DNA of 64,000 nt from Octopus vulgaris (GCA_951406725.2 OX597816.1:84878001-84942000); one strand, 5' to 3'. Counted from the stretch's first letter, positions 1 to 14,379 are shown. Notes: generated by a model from the letters alone, not told the origin. Made by a program: numbers and translations.

Positions 1-139
1 GACATGAGGGACAGTTGAGGGCAGCAGTGTCAAATTACCTCATACACCAGATGGGCCATTGACAGTTTTGATGGGATCGCAACTGTAGGGGGACATGAAC
101 CACGGAAGGATTCTGCAGAGAGTACAAATATAGAGAAAT

Positions 140-202
140 AAATCATGGTGGTGTTCTAGCATGACCACACCCACCTGGCTGAAGCACATAAGAAAATAAA
201 GA
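140..202 (+). mobile_element. 3' tail fragment of tRNA-derived SINE family 1
   Basis: GGTGTTCTAGCATGACCAC...GCTGAAGCACATAAGAAAATAAAG resembles the reverse complement of the 3' ends of the copies at 34231 and 62827. Confidence 0.5.
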
Positions 203-225
203 ATATATATATATATACATATTTG

Positions 226-270
<45 letters not shown>
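203..270. repeat. Compound (TA)n/(CA)n microsatellite
   Basis: Directly visible. Confidence 0.95.
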
Positions 271-272
<2 letters not shown>

Positions 273-490
273 GGAGAATTCACAAAAAACAAAAGACGAA
301 GACAGATGGTGTAGACCCCCCCCCCAAAAAAAACCAGATGTATTAGTTAAACGCTGGAGAAGTGAAAAAGTCTTTAACGTTTCGAACCCACGCTCTTCCA
401 CAGAAAGGAACACAAAGAAACAGGAACAGAAAATAAAGAATGTCTAGTGGCTAGCGATCTATCATGGCGAATGCCGGACAGAAGAAAACG
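271..490 (-). mobile_element. Penelope-like element terminal (pLTR) fragment abutting (TA)n
   Basis: Reverse complement CTGTGGAAGAGCGTGGGTTCGAAACGTTAAAGACTTTTTCAC...ACTAATAC matches the + strand copy at 37055-37175, which also ends in (TA)n and lies downstream of a Penelope ORF remnant. Confidence 0.55.
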
Positions 491-510
491 AATGGTTTAC
501 ATCTGGTACT

Positions 511-611
511 TATGTATGTATGTATGTATGTATGTATGTATGTATGTATGTATGTATGTATGTATGTATGTATGTATGTATGTATATATCTATGTTTGTA
601 TGTATGTGAGT

Positions 612-664
<53 letters not shown>

Positions 665-670
665 TGTGTG
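511..670. repeat. (TATG)n then (TG)n microsatellite
   Basis: Directly visible. Confidence 0.95.
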
Positions 671-1581
671 TTACGCCGACTGACTTATTTAATACACAGC
701 TCTTTAACAAACTGAATTAGAAATAAATTTTAGATAACAACGAAATAGTTGTATCCACTCACTATTTCATTCTGAAGTGTGGTGGTGTAAGATATTTTCC
801 CCTTGTTTTTCCTATTTGGATCAGCACTGAAGACATAACCTCAGTCTACCTCATCCATAAATAATACAGAAATAGCCAGTAAGGAAATATACGTAAATAG
901 GTCTTTTTGGTTGCAGAAAAATACATTTATTTAGAAATTAAATTAACCAATGACACTATCTTTGTTAGCTTCTGGAAGTACTATTGAAGTATATATGCCA
1001 AAATATATATAACAGTTAGCCTGAAACTATAAGATATAATTTTTTTGGAAATTAAATAATTCATTGAACAAATAAATACTCTTAATATAATCTCAGATTT
1101 CGTTTTTTCTAAAGAAGTTTTAACCAGCTATCATATATTAGTTATGTTGTTACTTATTTTCTGGACACTTTCATTTAATAGATGCGAGATAAAGACGAAA
1201 GAATAAAAAAATATGTAGCATAAACAATATAACGATTTCTTTAGAATACTGAGTTGGCAGAAACATTAGATCACTGAAATAAATTATCTATAGTATTTAG
1301 TTTCACTCCTTATACTGAATAAATATTCTTTTGATCTTTTTACGCTGGATGAAATAAGTACCAGTCATAAACTGTTATTGATCGTTTCAATGATATGCAA
1401 TCTTCGTTTGTCCAAAGTAATCCATATACTCAGGCGTTGATTACACAGATCTTTTACATAGACTGAATAAAAACTTGGTAACAGTCATCGATTTCATAAA
1501 CTACAGAGAAGTGTGATTTAAGAAATGGCTTAAGATCAAATGGAACTCATACGCACGGCTACTACAGGGGGTTTGCGTATA

Positions 1582-2245
1582 CGAGGGTGTACCCAAAAGA
1601 AAGTGGAATTTTGCAGTATTATTTTATTCCACATGTTTACATCTTTATCACCTTCGAACTATTTTCCATTTTATGGAATTCATTATCCAGACCCGTTTTT
1701 CACTGTTCGAAGCAATCCTGGAACTCTTGTGAAGTAATGCCTTTTAAAACCTCAGTCAATTTTTTTTTCTTCACCTCTTCCACAACTGCAAAACGTTTTC
1801 TTTTAAGGACCTTTTTCATTTGGGGGAGCAAAATCGGTTAAATAGGGAGGGTGAGTAAGCGGAGTCATGCCATTTTTGGACAAAAACTGTCTCACACTCA
1901 AGGTGGTGTGCGCAGGTGCATTGTCATAATGAAACCGCCACCCTGCATTTTGCCACTGTTCGGGGCGTTCTCACTGCGCGTCGCAAATGATTTTCACTGC
2001 TTTCACCGCTTTTCACCGATTTTCATAGCGTCTCACTGCGTCTTGTAAACGCTTCAGACTGCCAAGTAAGGTGTTTGGTTAACTGTTTGATCAGGAGGAA
2101 CAAATTCTATGTGGACAATTCCTTTCGCATCGATGAAACAAATCAGCATAGGCTTGATATTGAACTTCACTTGACGCACTTTTCGGGGGCTTAGTGACAT
2201 TGAATGCTTCCATTGACTTGGTTGTTGCTTCGTTTCAGGGTCGTA
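1582..2245 (-). mobile_element. 5'-truncated mariner element (3' half), same family as 22271-23555
   Basis: TA|CGAGGG TIR at 1580-1587. Minus-strand peptide YGYDPETKQQPSQW...FIDAKGIVHIEFVPPDQTVNQ. The 3' UTR aligns by eye to 23460-23555. Confidence 0.9.
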
Positions 2246-3056
2246 ACCGTACTTTATGGAACCTTGTGTTTCCCTGAGAAAGCAGGAGAACAAGTGTACA
2301 GTCAGTGTCTCCAACTACGAATTCTACACAGCGTTTCGGACTATATCTTTTATACAAATTTTCTGATTATCACTCAAGATGCTAATGGTTCATATTTCGT
2401 ACCCAGCACTGCATTATGTATGTCTTCAACGCAATTAACACCCTGTAATCGATTTATTATGGGTCCGTTTCGGTAACATCAGTTGTAACAGCCAGTGATG
2501 TAACATAAATCACAAAGGCGTTTAATTCGAGTTAAGACAAAATTACTTAAAAGGTGCTTTCTTTTCATATTTTCTCTGAAAAAGAATGTTGCATTTCAAG
2601 CTTTTTCTGAAAAATGCTAAAATACGAGTAAATAGATAAATTCAGGTTCTGTTATTAGAGGTTTCAAAATCAAAGTTACATACGATTAAATAGAAATTCA
2701 AATATTGATTATATTAAATAAAAATATGAACTAAATGAAGTATAGTTTTAGGAAATACTGTCCATGAACCTGAAAAGCGCTTTAAAATTCTTTCAGTGAT
2801 GGCCAGTGAACTCTTAACATGGAATGAAGAGTATGCTAACTCAATTGTCAGATAACTTATAAGTTCTGAGTTCAGAGCAATTTACATTCTTGTGAAGTGA
2901 ACGATCAATACAAGACGAAAACTTGTTCAAAGAATGATTCTGTGACAGAATTAGTTCAAATTAGTTTGATTTGATTCAATATTTAATTCCGATTTCCATT
3001 CCTTTCTTGAGGACCAGTAACCAACGATCAGTTTTTCGTCAGTTAGATAACGCTTA

Positions 3057-4329
3057 CGAGGGACGTTCAATAAGTAATGCCTCTGACCCACTAGCTGAAA
3101 TTTTGCATGTGCAATCATTCATATCTCTATAGAGTAAGTGGCAAATTACAGCTCTGAATTAATTGTGGTTTCTGATTTACAGGTGTTTGAACCGAGTCAA
3201 GTGTGAAATGGAGCCTGTTGAGCGTCGAGCAGTGATCCGGTTTTTGTATTTGAAAGAACGCACACCACGGAAGACTTTTGATGAAATGAAAGTAACTTAT
3301 GGTGATGATGCCCCATCATATGACCTTGTAAAACGCTGGCATCGTGAATTCAAACATGGTCGGAACTCTGTGGAAACAGCTCCCAGATCTGGTCGCCCCT
3401 TCTGCCATTGATGAGGCATCTGTCCGTCAAGTTGAGGCTGCCATTTTGGAAGATCGACGCATAATTATTCGCCAAATAGCCCATGAGGTCAAGATTAGTA
3501 CCGGGTCTGTGGAAACTATCATTCATGACCATTTGCATATGCAAAAGGTGTCTGCCAGATGGATTCCCAGGTTGCTCACGCCTTTCCAGAAGCAAGAACG
3601 CGTCGAGTGCTCGAGGGTGAATTTGGAGATGTGCCAAGAAGATGAGTCAACATTTTTCAAAAGACTGATTACAAAGGATGAAACCTGGGTCCATCACTAT
3701 GATCCAGAGACCAAAGCCCAGTCAATGCAGTGGAAGCACGTGACTCACCCCCTCCAAAGAAGGCAAGGGTGCAGCCCTCCGCTGGCAAGGTCATGCTCAC
3801 AGTCTTCTGGGACCAGGACGGAGTAGTGATGACAGATTTCCTGGCAAAGGGTACCACAATTGCAGGAGCCTATTATGCTTCACTTTTGAGGAAATTAAGA
3901 GAAGTTATCAAAATCAAGAGGCGGGGCAAGATCAGCAAAGGCATCCTCCTCCTGCAGGATAACGCTCCGGTTCACAACTCGCTTGTCGCCAGATCAGAAG
4001 CAAAGGCGTATGGCTATGAACTCCTCCCCCATCCCCCTACTTTCCTGACCTTGCACCCTCTGATTTTCACATCTTCCCAGTCATGAAATTGTTTTTGAAA
4101 GGAAAGCGTTTCCCAGATGATGCAGCCTTGATTTCTGAAGTCACGTTCAGGTTGGAGGACCAAGCTGGGGTCTTCTGCAAAAACGGTCTCCAGAGCTACA
4201 TCAAGCAATGGGAGAAATGCTTAACTCTGGGTGGTTCCTATGTAGAAAAAGACTAATAACTGTGCCAAGTTTCGTTGCTCTACTGCTATGGGAAGTGGGT
4301 CAGGGGCATTACTTATTGAACGCCCCTCG
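3057..4329 (+). mobile_element. Full-length mariner transposon (irritans-like), 1273 bp
   Basis: 36-bp TIRs CGAGGG(A/G)CGTTCAATAAGTAATGCC(T/C)CTGACCCACT with 2 mismatches. TA TSD at 3055-3056 and 4330-4331. Confidence 0.97.
3208..4256 (+). pseudogene. Mariner DD34D transposase pseudogene (about three frameshifts)
   Basis: Motifs WIPRLL, DETWVHHYDPETKAQS, LQDNAPVH and HPP/PDLAPSDF are split over ORFs 3163-3411, 3344-3826, 3730-4086 and beyond. Frameshifts near 3400, 3740 and 4035. Confidence 0.95.
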
Positions 4330-4640
4330 TAAATACATGGGACATTGGAGTGTTACTTGAAATAGATTTTCCTAGACACAACATTGAGATGTAAGAATGC
4401 TTCGGATGTTATTTTTGGCAGGTTGAGCTACCAAACAGAAATATACCTTGCTGGCTAATTCACATATTCAAGGCAGTAGGGAGTTTTTTTCCAGAGGGAT
4501 TTTGCTGCTATTTCCATGAGGTTTGTATGTCACAAATCGAATGGAAATGACCGACAACAGAGAATAATTAAAGCAAATACAAACGGAATAGGCGAAGAAA
4601 ACACATTGTTGTTTTATGATAAATAAAATATTTAGATTTA

Positions 4641-5916
4641 GTGGGTTGCCCGGAAAGTTCGTGCCGATGTATAGTAGCTTACCTTTCGATTTATTTTAGA
4701 ACATGGTTGAGTCCATAAAATAGGATTTGACTACACCTCCATTTAGAACACAGTTTAAGCTATCTTTTCGTGGAAGAAGTTTATGTTCCTGTGTTAATTC
4801 TGTAACCTTTTAAAATGGAAGATAAGAAAGTTTATTTTCGGTACAGCATGCTTTTCTTTTTCCGTAAAGGGAAAAATGCCTCACAAGCAACCAAAGAAAC
4901 ATACGCACTTTATCGTGATATTTCTTTATCCGATAGAACTGTACTGAAGTGGTTTGAAAGGTTCCAAGCTGGAGATTGTAGACTTATTGATAAAGAGCGA
5001 TCAGACAGACCATCCACTACAGATGATGACCAAATCAAGTCATTAATTGAGAATAACTCACATTACACAACCCGAAAATTGCCAGAAAGCCTCAACCTAT
5101 TAAACTCCGTCATTCATGAACACCTGGGAAAGCTTGGGTACACAAATCACTACGATGTTTGGGTACCATATGAGTTGAGTGAAAAGAACCTTTCGGATCG
5201 CATTTCCATCTGTGATTCGCTTTATAAACGGAATGAAAACGCGCATTTTTTAAAGCAAATTGTAACAGGTGATGAGAAATGGATTATCTACCGAAATGTT
5301 CAGAGAAAGCGATCTTGGAGTAAGTGACATGAGCCACCCTTAGCCACCCCAAAAGCGGGTCTTCACTTTTAAAATGTCTTGATTTGTGTCTGGTGGGATT
5401 GGAAAAGAATTCTGTACTATGAGCTTATCCCAAGTAACCAGACAATTAATTATGAGAAATACTGCACACAACAGGACGAGTTAAAAGCAGCAGTTCAAGA
5501 GAAACGTCCAGAATTGGTCAACAGGAAGGGTGTTGTTTTCCAGCATGATAATGCAAGACCGCACGTTTCTTTGGGAACCAGACAAAAGTTGCTGCAGCTC
5601 GGCTGGGATGTGTTATCCCACCCTCCATATTCACCAGATATTGTTCCTTCAGATTTCTACTTATTCAGGTCTCCGCAGAATAGTTTTAATGGTAAACATT
5701 TCAATTCCCTGGATGACGTAAAAAGATTCCTTGATGAATGCTTTGTCATGAAACCACCTCAGTTCTGGGAAGAGGGTATTTTCAAGTTAAAGGAAAGATG
5801 GAAACGCATTGTGCAAAACATGATTCATATTTGGTTGATTAAAAATGTAATGGGAAGTATTTATTGACCTTTTTTCTTTCCTGTAAAAATCAGCAAGAAC
5901 TTTCCGGACAACCCAA
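4641..5916 (+). mobile_element. Full-length mariner transposon (mellifera-like), 1276 bp
   Basis: TIRs (G/T)TGGGTTG(C/T)CCGGAAAGTTC(G/T)TGC(C/T)GAT. TA TSD at 4639-4640 and 5917-5918. Confidence 0.97.
4815..5842 (+). pseudogene. Mariner DD34D transposase pseudogene
   Basis: Motifs WVPYEL, TGDEKW, HDNARPH and HPPYSPDIVPSDFYLF. Two in-frame stops (5325-5327, 5370-5372) and a C-terminal frameshift relative to the sister copy at 51062-51100 (RIVQQNGSYLVD*). Confidence 0.95.
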
Positions 5917-6712
5917 TATTTTGCTCGCATTTTTCTATGTAATCCATGTTTTTTTCAAGGCTATGCTATTATGCTAATTAATAATGTGTCAAATGTGTCA
6001 ATTAGCGCTGTCATTGATAATTTTTTCCTTGCCTCAATGACGCCGGTGACATATATTAAAAGTCGCTTTATAGAACTATATTCATAAAAACGTATAGAAC
6101 AATATTATCAACCTCAAATTTAAGAAACAAACACTCATAACTTTTTTTCATTTAAAACTTCATTGCATGAAACCAATGCCATAATATTCATTGAATTGAG
6201 CTTTATCATTTAAATGTAATTAAAATATAGTTTGCTTTTAGAATAAGAAACTTAATTATACTTAAATCCAGTTTTTTGCCTTATATTTTTCATGATATTT
6301 TACCTCACAAATTTTTCGATACAAACTTTTGTGGCGTGGGACCAAAATTATAAAATTCTTCCTGTTGTCGTCTATCACTGAAGCTATGATAAATATATTT
6401 TGCTTTTAAAACAAAAAAGATATTTAGATCTAAATTTGATTGATGGCGTTACTTACTCTCCTGTAACGTTGCTACAAATTTTGAGGTAATCTTTTGTTCC
6501 CCGGATCAAATCTCAATTTTTTATGTCATAATGTAGCTAGGGACAAGCCCTCTTCAAAAATCTTAAGAGTTTTAAGTTTGGTTACGAACTGAATTAGCGA
6601 CAAGCTCTGAAAGATGCAGCTTGTTAGAAAATTGCGGCCTGAAGAATATTATTCAACTACTAGCGTTGTTGAATGTTAACATATTCAACTGCTACACACA
6701 TGACACACACCT

Positions 6713-6864
6713 GTATATGTATGTATGTAAGTATGTATGTATGTATGTATGTATGTATGTATATGTGTGTATGTATGCATGCCTGTATGTATGTATGTAT
6801 GTATGTATGTATGTATGCATGTATGTATGCGTATGTGTGTATGTACGTGTCTGTTTATCTATCC

Positions 6865-6949
<85 letters not shown>

Positions 6950-6964
6950 CCAGATAGATAGATA
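6713..6964. repeat. (TATG)n-(TATC)n compound microsatellite
   Basis: Directly visible. Confidence 0.95.
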
Positions 6965-7154
6965 CTGTTTCTCTGTTTTCACTATGGACATTTTCTACCA
7001 ATAACAGGTTGCGGCGAGGAATAAATTCCCTTTACAATTTGAAGTCTGGAAGTGTGGAAGTTGTCAATATAATTTATGGACACTTCAGTTACGCTGGGAA
7101 AAGAAAGTGAGTGACAGAGGCTGAATGAAGGTGAATTTAGTTTATCAATTTCAA

Positions 7155-7201
<47 letters not shown>

Positions 7202-7639
7202 TACACAAGCACACACACACACAACACACCTATAAAAAATATATATATATGAAACTAAGTAATAAATTAATTTATTTTCAAGATATTTCCTTTTCTAAGA
7301 ATAACATATTTTACATATTCCATCGATCTACCAAATGTATACAAACATGCGCGCACTCACAGTACATTCACACACTAACACATACATACACACATAAATG
7401 TATGCACATGCATACTCATGCAAATTTGTATACATGGGCTATGGTAGATGAAGCAATTTGTGAGGTGAAATTTCGTTATATCTATACCGGACATATAAGC
7501 TTAGTAGATGGACGAAATAAAGCCACATGATTTAATTTAGAAACAATACAAGATGAATAAAATAGATATTCTAATTTAGAATATGATGCGTAGAAGGCAA
7601 CATAATACTTTACAACCCTATGATGCCCTTCGCTCTATA

Positions 7640-8050
7640 AGTCAAATGGCTAAGGAAACACAAGAAGGAAGACAGGACAGGCTCCAATATTAATAACGAC
7701 AAAATGCCGTGGAGACACAAGAGCAACGATATGTAAAACTTCGGTTTGAAAAAAATTAGGCAAGTCCGCTTGAAGGAACAAGAAACACCAGAGCAGAAAC
7801 GACGGAAATTATAGAGTCTCAAGCTGAGAGACAAGGCCGCTTGAGGAAACAGAAACACCAGAGCAAAAACAACGAACTTTGAAGTCTTAAGCTAATAGAA
7901 AAGCCTGCTTAAGAGAACAGGAGTTAACAGAACAACTTCAAAGTAGAATAGTTAGAAATACTTGCTCCAGAGAACAGGAAACATGAGAACAGCGACGAGC
8001 CAGGTTGGAATTTAGAACTAGAAGCCTCTAAATGCGTTCTGACGACTGAT
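7640..8050 (+). mobile_element. Decayed coding minisatellite, Helitron RepHel N-terminal-like remnant
   Basis: About 60-72 bp repeats translating to ETQEGRQDRLQ, ETQEQRY, ETPEQKRRK and ETPEQKQR, with stops and frameshifts. Such E-T-x-E-Q-R repeats are typical of animal Helitron N-termini. Confidence 0.5.
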
Positions 8051-8574
8051 GCCTTAAATCTATGGCTAACAGGTAAATGCCTGGCTACCAAGAATAAGAA
8101 CTTTCTACCCACACATGTACTTACATTTAAGGAGACGGAAAGCGACCTATATAATTTTTCTAGTTCTAGTTAGGTTCACACATATCAATGATTTTATATG
8201 ACACTGTTGATCTAGTAGCGTTTCTAATATTAGATATCTCCATCCATAATATACGTTTATAGCGAGATGATTGATTAGAATAGCTCAGAAAGACAAGATT
8301 ATCATGTTAGGAACATCTTTGATCGTATTATATTTGATGAGGGTTGATATAAAGTTAAAAATATATTCAAAACAATGGGTTGGTGTTTCAACAACTTCAG
8401 CGTGTAAAATGCACATAATATAATCGCTTCTGATTTTATACCAGGAGGAATGCATTTTTGTTACTTACACAATCACTTTTTAAAGGGAATGCCATATTAT
8501 TTTGGACACCTTTTATATGGTGACTGCATCATCGCGACGGAATGTAGAAAGACATGCTGACTTGTCATCTTTGT

Positions 8575-8634
8575 CTACGATACATTAACATATTTACATA
8601 CATTTATACATACATACATATATTTGTATATATA

Positions 8635-8695
<61 letters not shown>
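8575..8695. repeat. (TA)n-rich microsatellite
   Basis: Directly visible. Confidence 0.95.
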
Positions 8696-8699
<4 letters not shown>

Positions 8700-8701
8700 A
8701 T

Positions 8702-8955
8702 GTACTTATCCTATCGGCCTTTTTGCCGAACAGTTAGTAAAGGAAAGTGAAAATACCAACACTGAAAGTGGGAGACAAACACAGACACAAAGACACATAC
8801 AGATATATACGTATCCGACGGGCTTTTCAGCTTTCGCCTACCAAATCTACTCACAAGGCTATAGTAGAACGACTTGTGCAATGTGCCACGCAGTGAAACT
8901 AAACCTGGAACCATGTTTTGGGTAAACAAACCTCTTTACATAAAGCTACGCTTGC
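8702..8955 (-). mobile_element. Diverged partial copy of SINE family 1
   Basis: CTATCGG..TTTTGCCGAAC...ACGGGCTTTTCAG..TACCAAATC.ACTCACAAGGCT...GGAACCATG aligns with 34330-34660. Confidence 0.85.
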
Positions 8956-9186
8956 ACTTTTGGATATTATTTATACCAGATCGTCTGGTATATGTTATTT
9001 CATACACAATTCTCTTTAGATTTACGCTCTTATCATTCAAATTGTCTGTCACCAAATATCTGTTATGTGTCCCATACGCTTTAAGAATATGCACATAGTT
9101 AAAATAACATGTATTGTTACATATTATGTGTTCGATATTATATAGTCTAATAAAAGACTAAACAAATATGTATGAATTTCAGTACA

Positions 9187-9520
<334 letters not shown>

Positions 9521-9623
9521 TAACCATCAGAGCATCACAACAAATCACAGTACATACCCAAGGCACACAGATCTGCGCTCGGTAGTGAAGTGAAAGCACG
9601 TTATAAAAATAAAACTGCTGAAT
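9521..9623 (+). mobile_element. Short 3'-end fragment of a non-LTR element embedded in (AAT)n (R4/Dong-like)
   Basis: Unique segment that starts directly after (AAT)n and ends AATAAAACTGCTGAAT. Family assignment is inferred from the target context. Confidence 0.5.
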
Positions 9624-9650
9624 GCTGATGATGATGATGATGATGATGAT

Positions 9651-10185
9651 TGGCTCTCATGGCTTCTTATCTTAACTGATTGGAAATGCACATTTTTTTC
9701 TTGGTATAAAGGATGGGCTGCAGCAAATATTCAGCTCAATACCACAGATATGTTTGTCAGTTGTTTGACCTTAACCAGTTGAGCATGTCCCTTAGTAGCT
9801 GACGATATGTGCATCTCTGATCACGAGCAGAAGTAGTGGGGGAGCATCATAGCCATGTGTTGAGAGGGATGCTTTGGGGTTTGAATAATATACCTCTAGA
9901 AACATGGGTGTTTCGTTCAACATCCCTAAACAACCCTTATTCAAGGACTTTTTGAGCGGAATGGGTTACTCGACAAGAAGAAAATTTTAACTAGGCCCCA
10001 CCTGCAAGACCATGTGCAATTCCTCTTGGTATGATATCACCATGTCGCGCATATATTGGTTGTGATGCATGTGCCTGGTGTACCCTCATCAGACGGGTAG
10101 ACAGAATGGGTATACTGAGCTTCGTATATCTTATCCCAGTATCATTTTTACGGTATGCACTGCTCTCTCACTGAATAATAATAAT
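9651..10185 (+). mobile_element. 3' UTR-like fragment of a second (AAT)n-associated non-LTR element
   Basis: GC-richer 520-bp block between (GAT)n and CTGAATAATAATAAT. It shares the CTGAAT terminus with 9521-9623. Confidence 0.5.
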
Positions 10186-11010
10186 GTTAATAATAAGAAT
10201 AATGATAAATACAATTAATAGGGCTAAAATTCTCAAGGGCACTGAATTGGGATGATTTTGATTAAAGACTACTGTTCCATGCCAGTTGCTGAGGAAAATA
10301 AACTTGTGCAGAATTTGAAATTAGAATAGAAACTATAACGACATTTAATATTGAAAATCATAACACCAATAGAGATGGTAGTGATTAAAATAGTGACTGG
10401 AATAATAACAATGAAGAGCAGAATGCGGATGTTGACACTGATAAGAAAGATAATATTTATTAATGTTGCTTGTGAGGATCTTAATGATAAGGATTGAAAT
10501 TAAATGATCAGCATCTACACAATAATAGTAACAAAAATAGTAACAATTGCAACGATAGTAGTGAGAACAATAAGAGCAGCAAAATACAATGAAACAAAAA
10601 TAATATTAGAAGAATGTTGTGCAGAATCTGAAACATATATATTTCGGCCGCAAAGTCTATCTTCATAAGGATTAAGATAGAAGAATATATTTGACTGAAT
10701 CCTTCTGAAGAGAGGTCTTTGCATCCGAAACATAGAGAATTTTAAATATTTCCTCGTTTTTAATTTCATTGAAATATATTATTTACAAAGATTGTTAGAA
10801 TGGAAATTAAAATAGGTAATTTCAAACTGCAGTGGGTTTACAGATTTAAGGTTGTGATGGAACAAAGATACTGTACAAATACATGAATCTTTGCGTACAT
10901 TTCCACAGTTCCTTAAAGCTGAAACAGCTGTTAAGCTAATGAAACTGATTATGTAACTGTTGCTTTTTGTCATTAATTACTTAATTAATTAATTAAATAA
11001 TTATTATCCC

Positions 11011-11012
<2 letters not shown>

Positions 11013-11097
<85 letters not shown>

Positions 11098-11283
11098 CGT
11101 GTGTGTGTATTAATTTATTTATATATGTATATACTGTATGTTGTTAACTAGGCTAGCAACTGTAGAAAAATATAAAGATGAAATAGAAATACACCTACTC
11201 GTATGCAAACACACATGCACAGGTGCACACATACACACACACTCACACACACATATATGAATAAGTATATATAAAAGAATTAA

Positions 11284-11322
<39 letters not shown>

Positions 11323-11660
11323 GATATATATGCACACACAAACTAATATGTATATGTAAATGCATATATACGTGTATATAAATTTGCACGTTTGTACGTG
11401 CGTGCGTATGGTTTGTATAAAAATAATAAAAACGTAATAAGAAAATAAAAGGAAGTAAAAGTTGGTGTTAACAAACTTAATTATACGAATGAGTCGGAAA
11501 AGGCTTTTTATAAAGTGTCGAAAATCGATATTGAAAAAAAGCTATCCAATAACTCCATCCATCGCACCCTTAACACCCCATCCGAAAAACACACATGTAT
11601 ATATAGACACATGTATATAATATATATATGATACATATATACACACACAGACACAGTCAC

Positions 11661-11712
<52 letters not shown>

Positions 11713-12420
11713 CACATACATGCACACTCGCACACACATACGTATCTATATATTTAGTATGTTGTGAATATATTTTTATGTGAATATATTTATGTTTGTG
11801 CGTGATTGTATTTTTGCGTGTGTGTGTGTGTGCGTGTGTGTATGTATGTGTTTATGTGTATATGTGTGTGTATGCGTATGTATGAACGCGCACGCTTATG
11901 GAGTATGTGTGTTTGCCATACGGGGACTTACAGTGAAAGAATGGAAATGATGAGATATACGTACAAAGATAGAAAAAATATCGATCAAGGAAGTGAAAAA
12001 TATAACGGAAGAATATCCGAAAAATAAAATTAATATAAAATAAAAGAAAATTAAAAAAATAATAAATATACTAAAATAGAAACAGCACGACGGCTGTATG
12101 CATGGTTGGTTGTTCGATTTTGTATTATTATAATCGAATGGTGACAGAGATACAGTGTGAATAACCGACATAATAAATGTGATAGAAGTAATGTTTAGGA
12201 CCCCTGATTGGTTGAATGAGAGGTAGATCAATATCTAGATATATGGTGTACGCAAAGATACTCTGATGCGAATTTATATATACACATACAAACACACATA
12301 CGTACATACATACATACATGAATGCATGCGTACATACATGTATATATAATATATATATGTTTACATTTACACACATATATATATAAAATATACGTCTGTG
12401 TGTATGTATATCTTTCTACC

Positions 12421-12455
<35 letters not shown>

Positions 12456-13207
12456 GTATATTGATGTATACGTATGTTCATACACGCACATATATACGGA
12501 GAGAATGAATGACAAGAAAAGAGAGAAGGCGAAATTGATTTAGTTTGCAAGGTCTGTAGGTAGATAGATCGGGATATCACCATAGATTGATTGGCTGATT
12601 GAAGAATAGCTGATAAATATTCATAGACCCTGATACGTTGTTAGGCTTATGAACACACGTACGCAAACTTCAATACGCATGCATACGGTCACGCAGACAC
12701 AGACACAGACACACACATACGCACGCATACACACGTACAATATAACATTTGAGATGACCGGGACTTCGAGTTTTGCAAATCGGCTTAATATATAAATCGA
12801 TATATAAATATAGAAATAAAAAAAAAATGTGAATCTATTGATAAAAATATAGATATGTAGATGAGAAGATGGATAGAAATATAGCAACAAAATTAGATTG
12901 ATAAATAGATAGATAGATAAGTAAATTGCATATTCAGATAGGTTTATTAGAAGATAGATAGATACCTATGTGTATAGATAGCATATCTGGTACTATCTAT
13001 TGATCACATAAGGAGATTGTAATATATTGATTAATAAAAAAAAGATTAATTGGTAGATAGGTTAATGGAAAAACATTATATATGCAGTATATATATATAT
13101 ATATATATATACATATACATACATACATATATATATATATATTTATGTGTATATATATGCATATATATGCGTATATATATATGTCTATATATGCATGTAT
13201 ATACGTA

Positions 13208-13248
<41 letters not shown>

Positions 13249-13580
13249 TACTATCTCTATCTCTCTCTCTATATATATATGCACACTCATACATGAACTC
13301 GCACGCAAACGCACTTAAGACTGATACGCTCACAAACACTCGCTCTCACTCATATATAAGCAAAAACGTATCACCTGTATTAATGAATAAAAGATAAATA
13401 ACGAAAGAGAATTAATGAACAGTAGAGCAGAAGAAAAATAGAAGGATAAAATGATGTCAAAGGAAAGAAAAGCCAGACAATCAAGCAGCGAAAATGTATG
13501 AAAAAATATGATTTTACAGAAAATGGAAGCGGTTAAAGAAAGAATGAGCGTTAAGTAAAGTTTGCGTGTGCATAGACACA

Positions 13581-13637
<57 letters not shown>

Positions 13638-13710
13638 GTGTGTGTGTGTGTGTGAGCGCGTATATGTGTGTGTATTTTCTGTGAGTCTGTGCGTGTGCGT
13701 GCGCGTAAAA
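11013..13710. repeat. Dense field of degenerate (TA)n, (TG)n, (TATG)n and (GATA)n simple repeats
   Basis: Directly visible. The I/Y/C/V-rich ORFs here are translations of the repeats. Confidence 0.85.
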
Positions 13711-13786
13711 AGTTGCAATGGGTCTTGAAATATAAAAATTAGAGGAAATTTAAACAAAGATTGAATTAGTAATAACATCTCCGTCG

Positions 13787-13897
13787 CCACCATAACCACC
13801 ACCACCACCACCACCACCACTACTACCACCATCATCACTACGACTACCACAACCACCACCACCATCACTGCCGCCACCGCCATTGCCTACGCTGCCA

Positions 13898-13940
<43 letters not shown>

Positions 13941-13947
13941 GCTGCTG

Positions 13948-14005
<58 letters not shown>
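13787..14005. repeat. (ACC)n and (CTA)n trinucleotide microsatellites
   Basis: Directly visible. Confidence 0.95.
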
Positions 14006-14379
14006 AGCGATAGCTTTAGCGATAACTGATACTCTTCGGATTATTACATGAACGATATAATGGCCAATAGAATTTCCGTTTCAGAACTCAATATCCGATA
14101 AAACTATTATTGTTCATAGCGATATTCAACGTTTGAATTAAATGGAAATCGAAACCGCGAAGATGAAGGAATATTTCGATTTAATCAATTCCATGTTTGT
14201 TTCAACCATCATTCATATGTTCCGGATCTGAATCCTAGAACAAATTTTACAGGTTTTTAGAAATGACACTGAGACACCCCTATCAAGGTTACAGTTAATG
14301 AAATTCAACCTTAGCCTATTTTATTGATTGGAACGTTAGTATTTAGCAACTGTGTGCCTATCAGTCCTGAAATTCTCCG

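Noticed and set aside
4815-5867. Domesticated SETMAR-like gene or active transposase
   Set aside because: There is no SET domain. It has two in-frame stops and a frameshift, and is flanked by TIRs and TA.
10705-10735. CTGAAGA...GAAAC hammerhead-like spacing (also near 32972-33017)
   Set aside because: Stems are unconvincing and there is no clear cleavage triplet. Expected by chance or too decayed to call.
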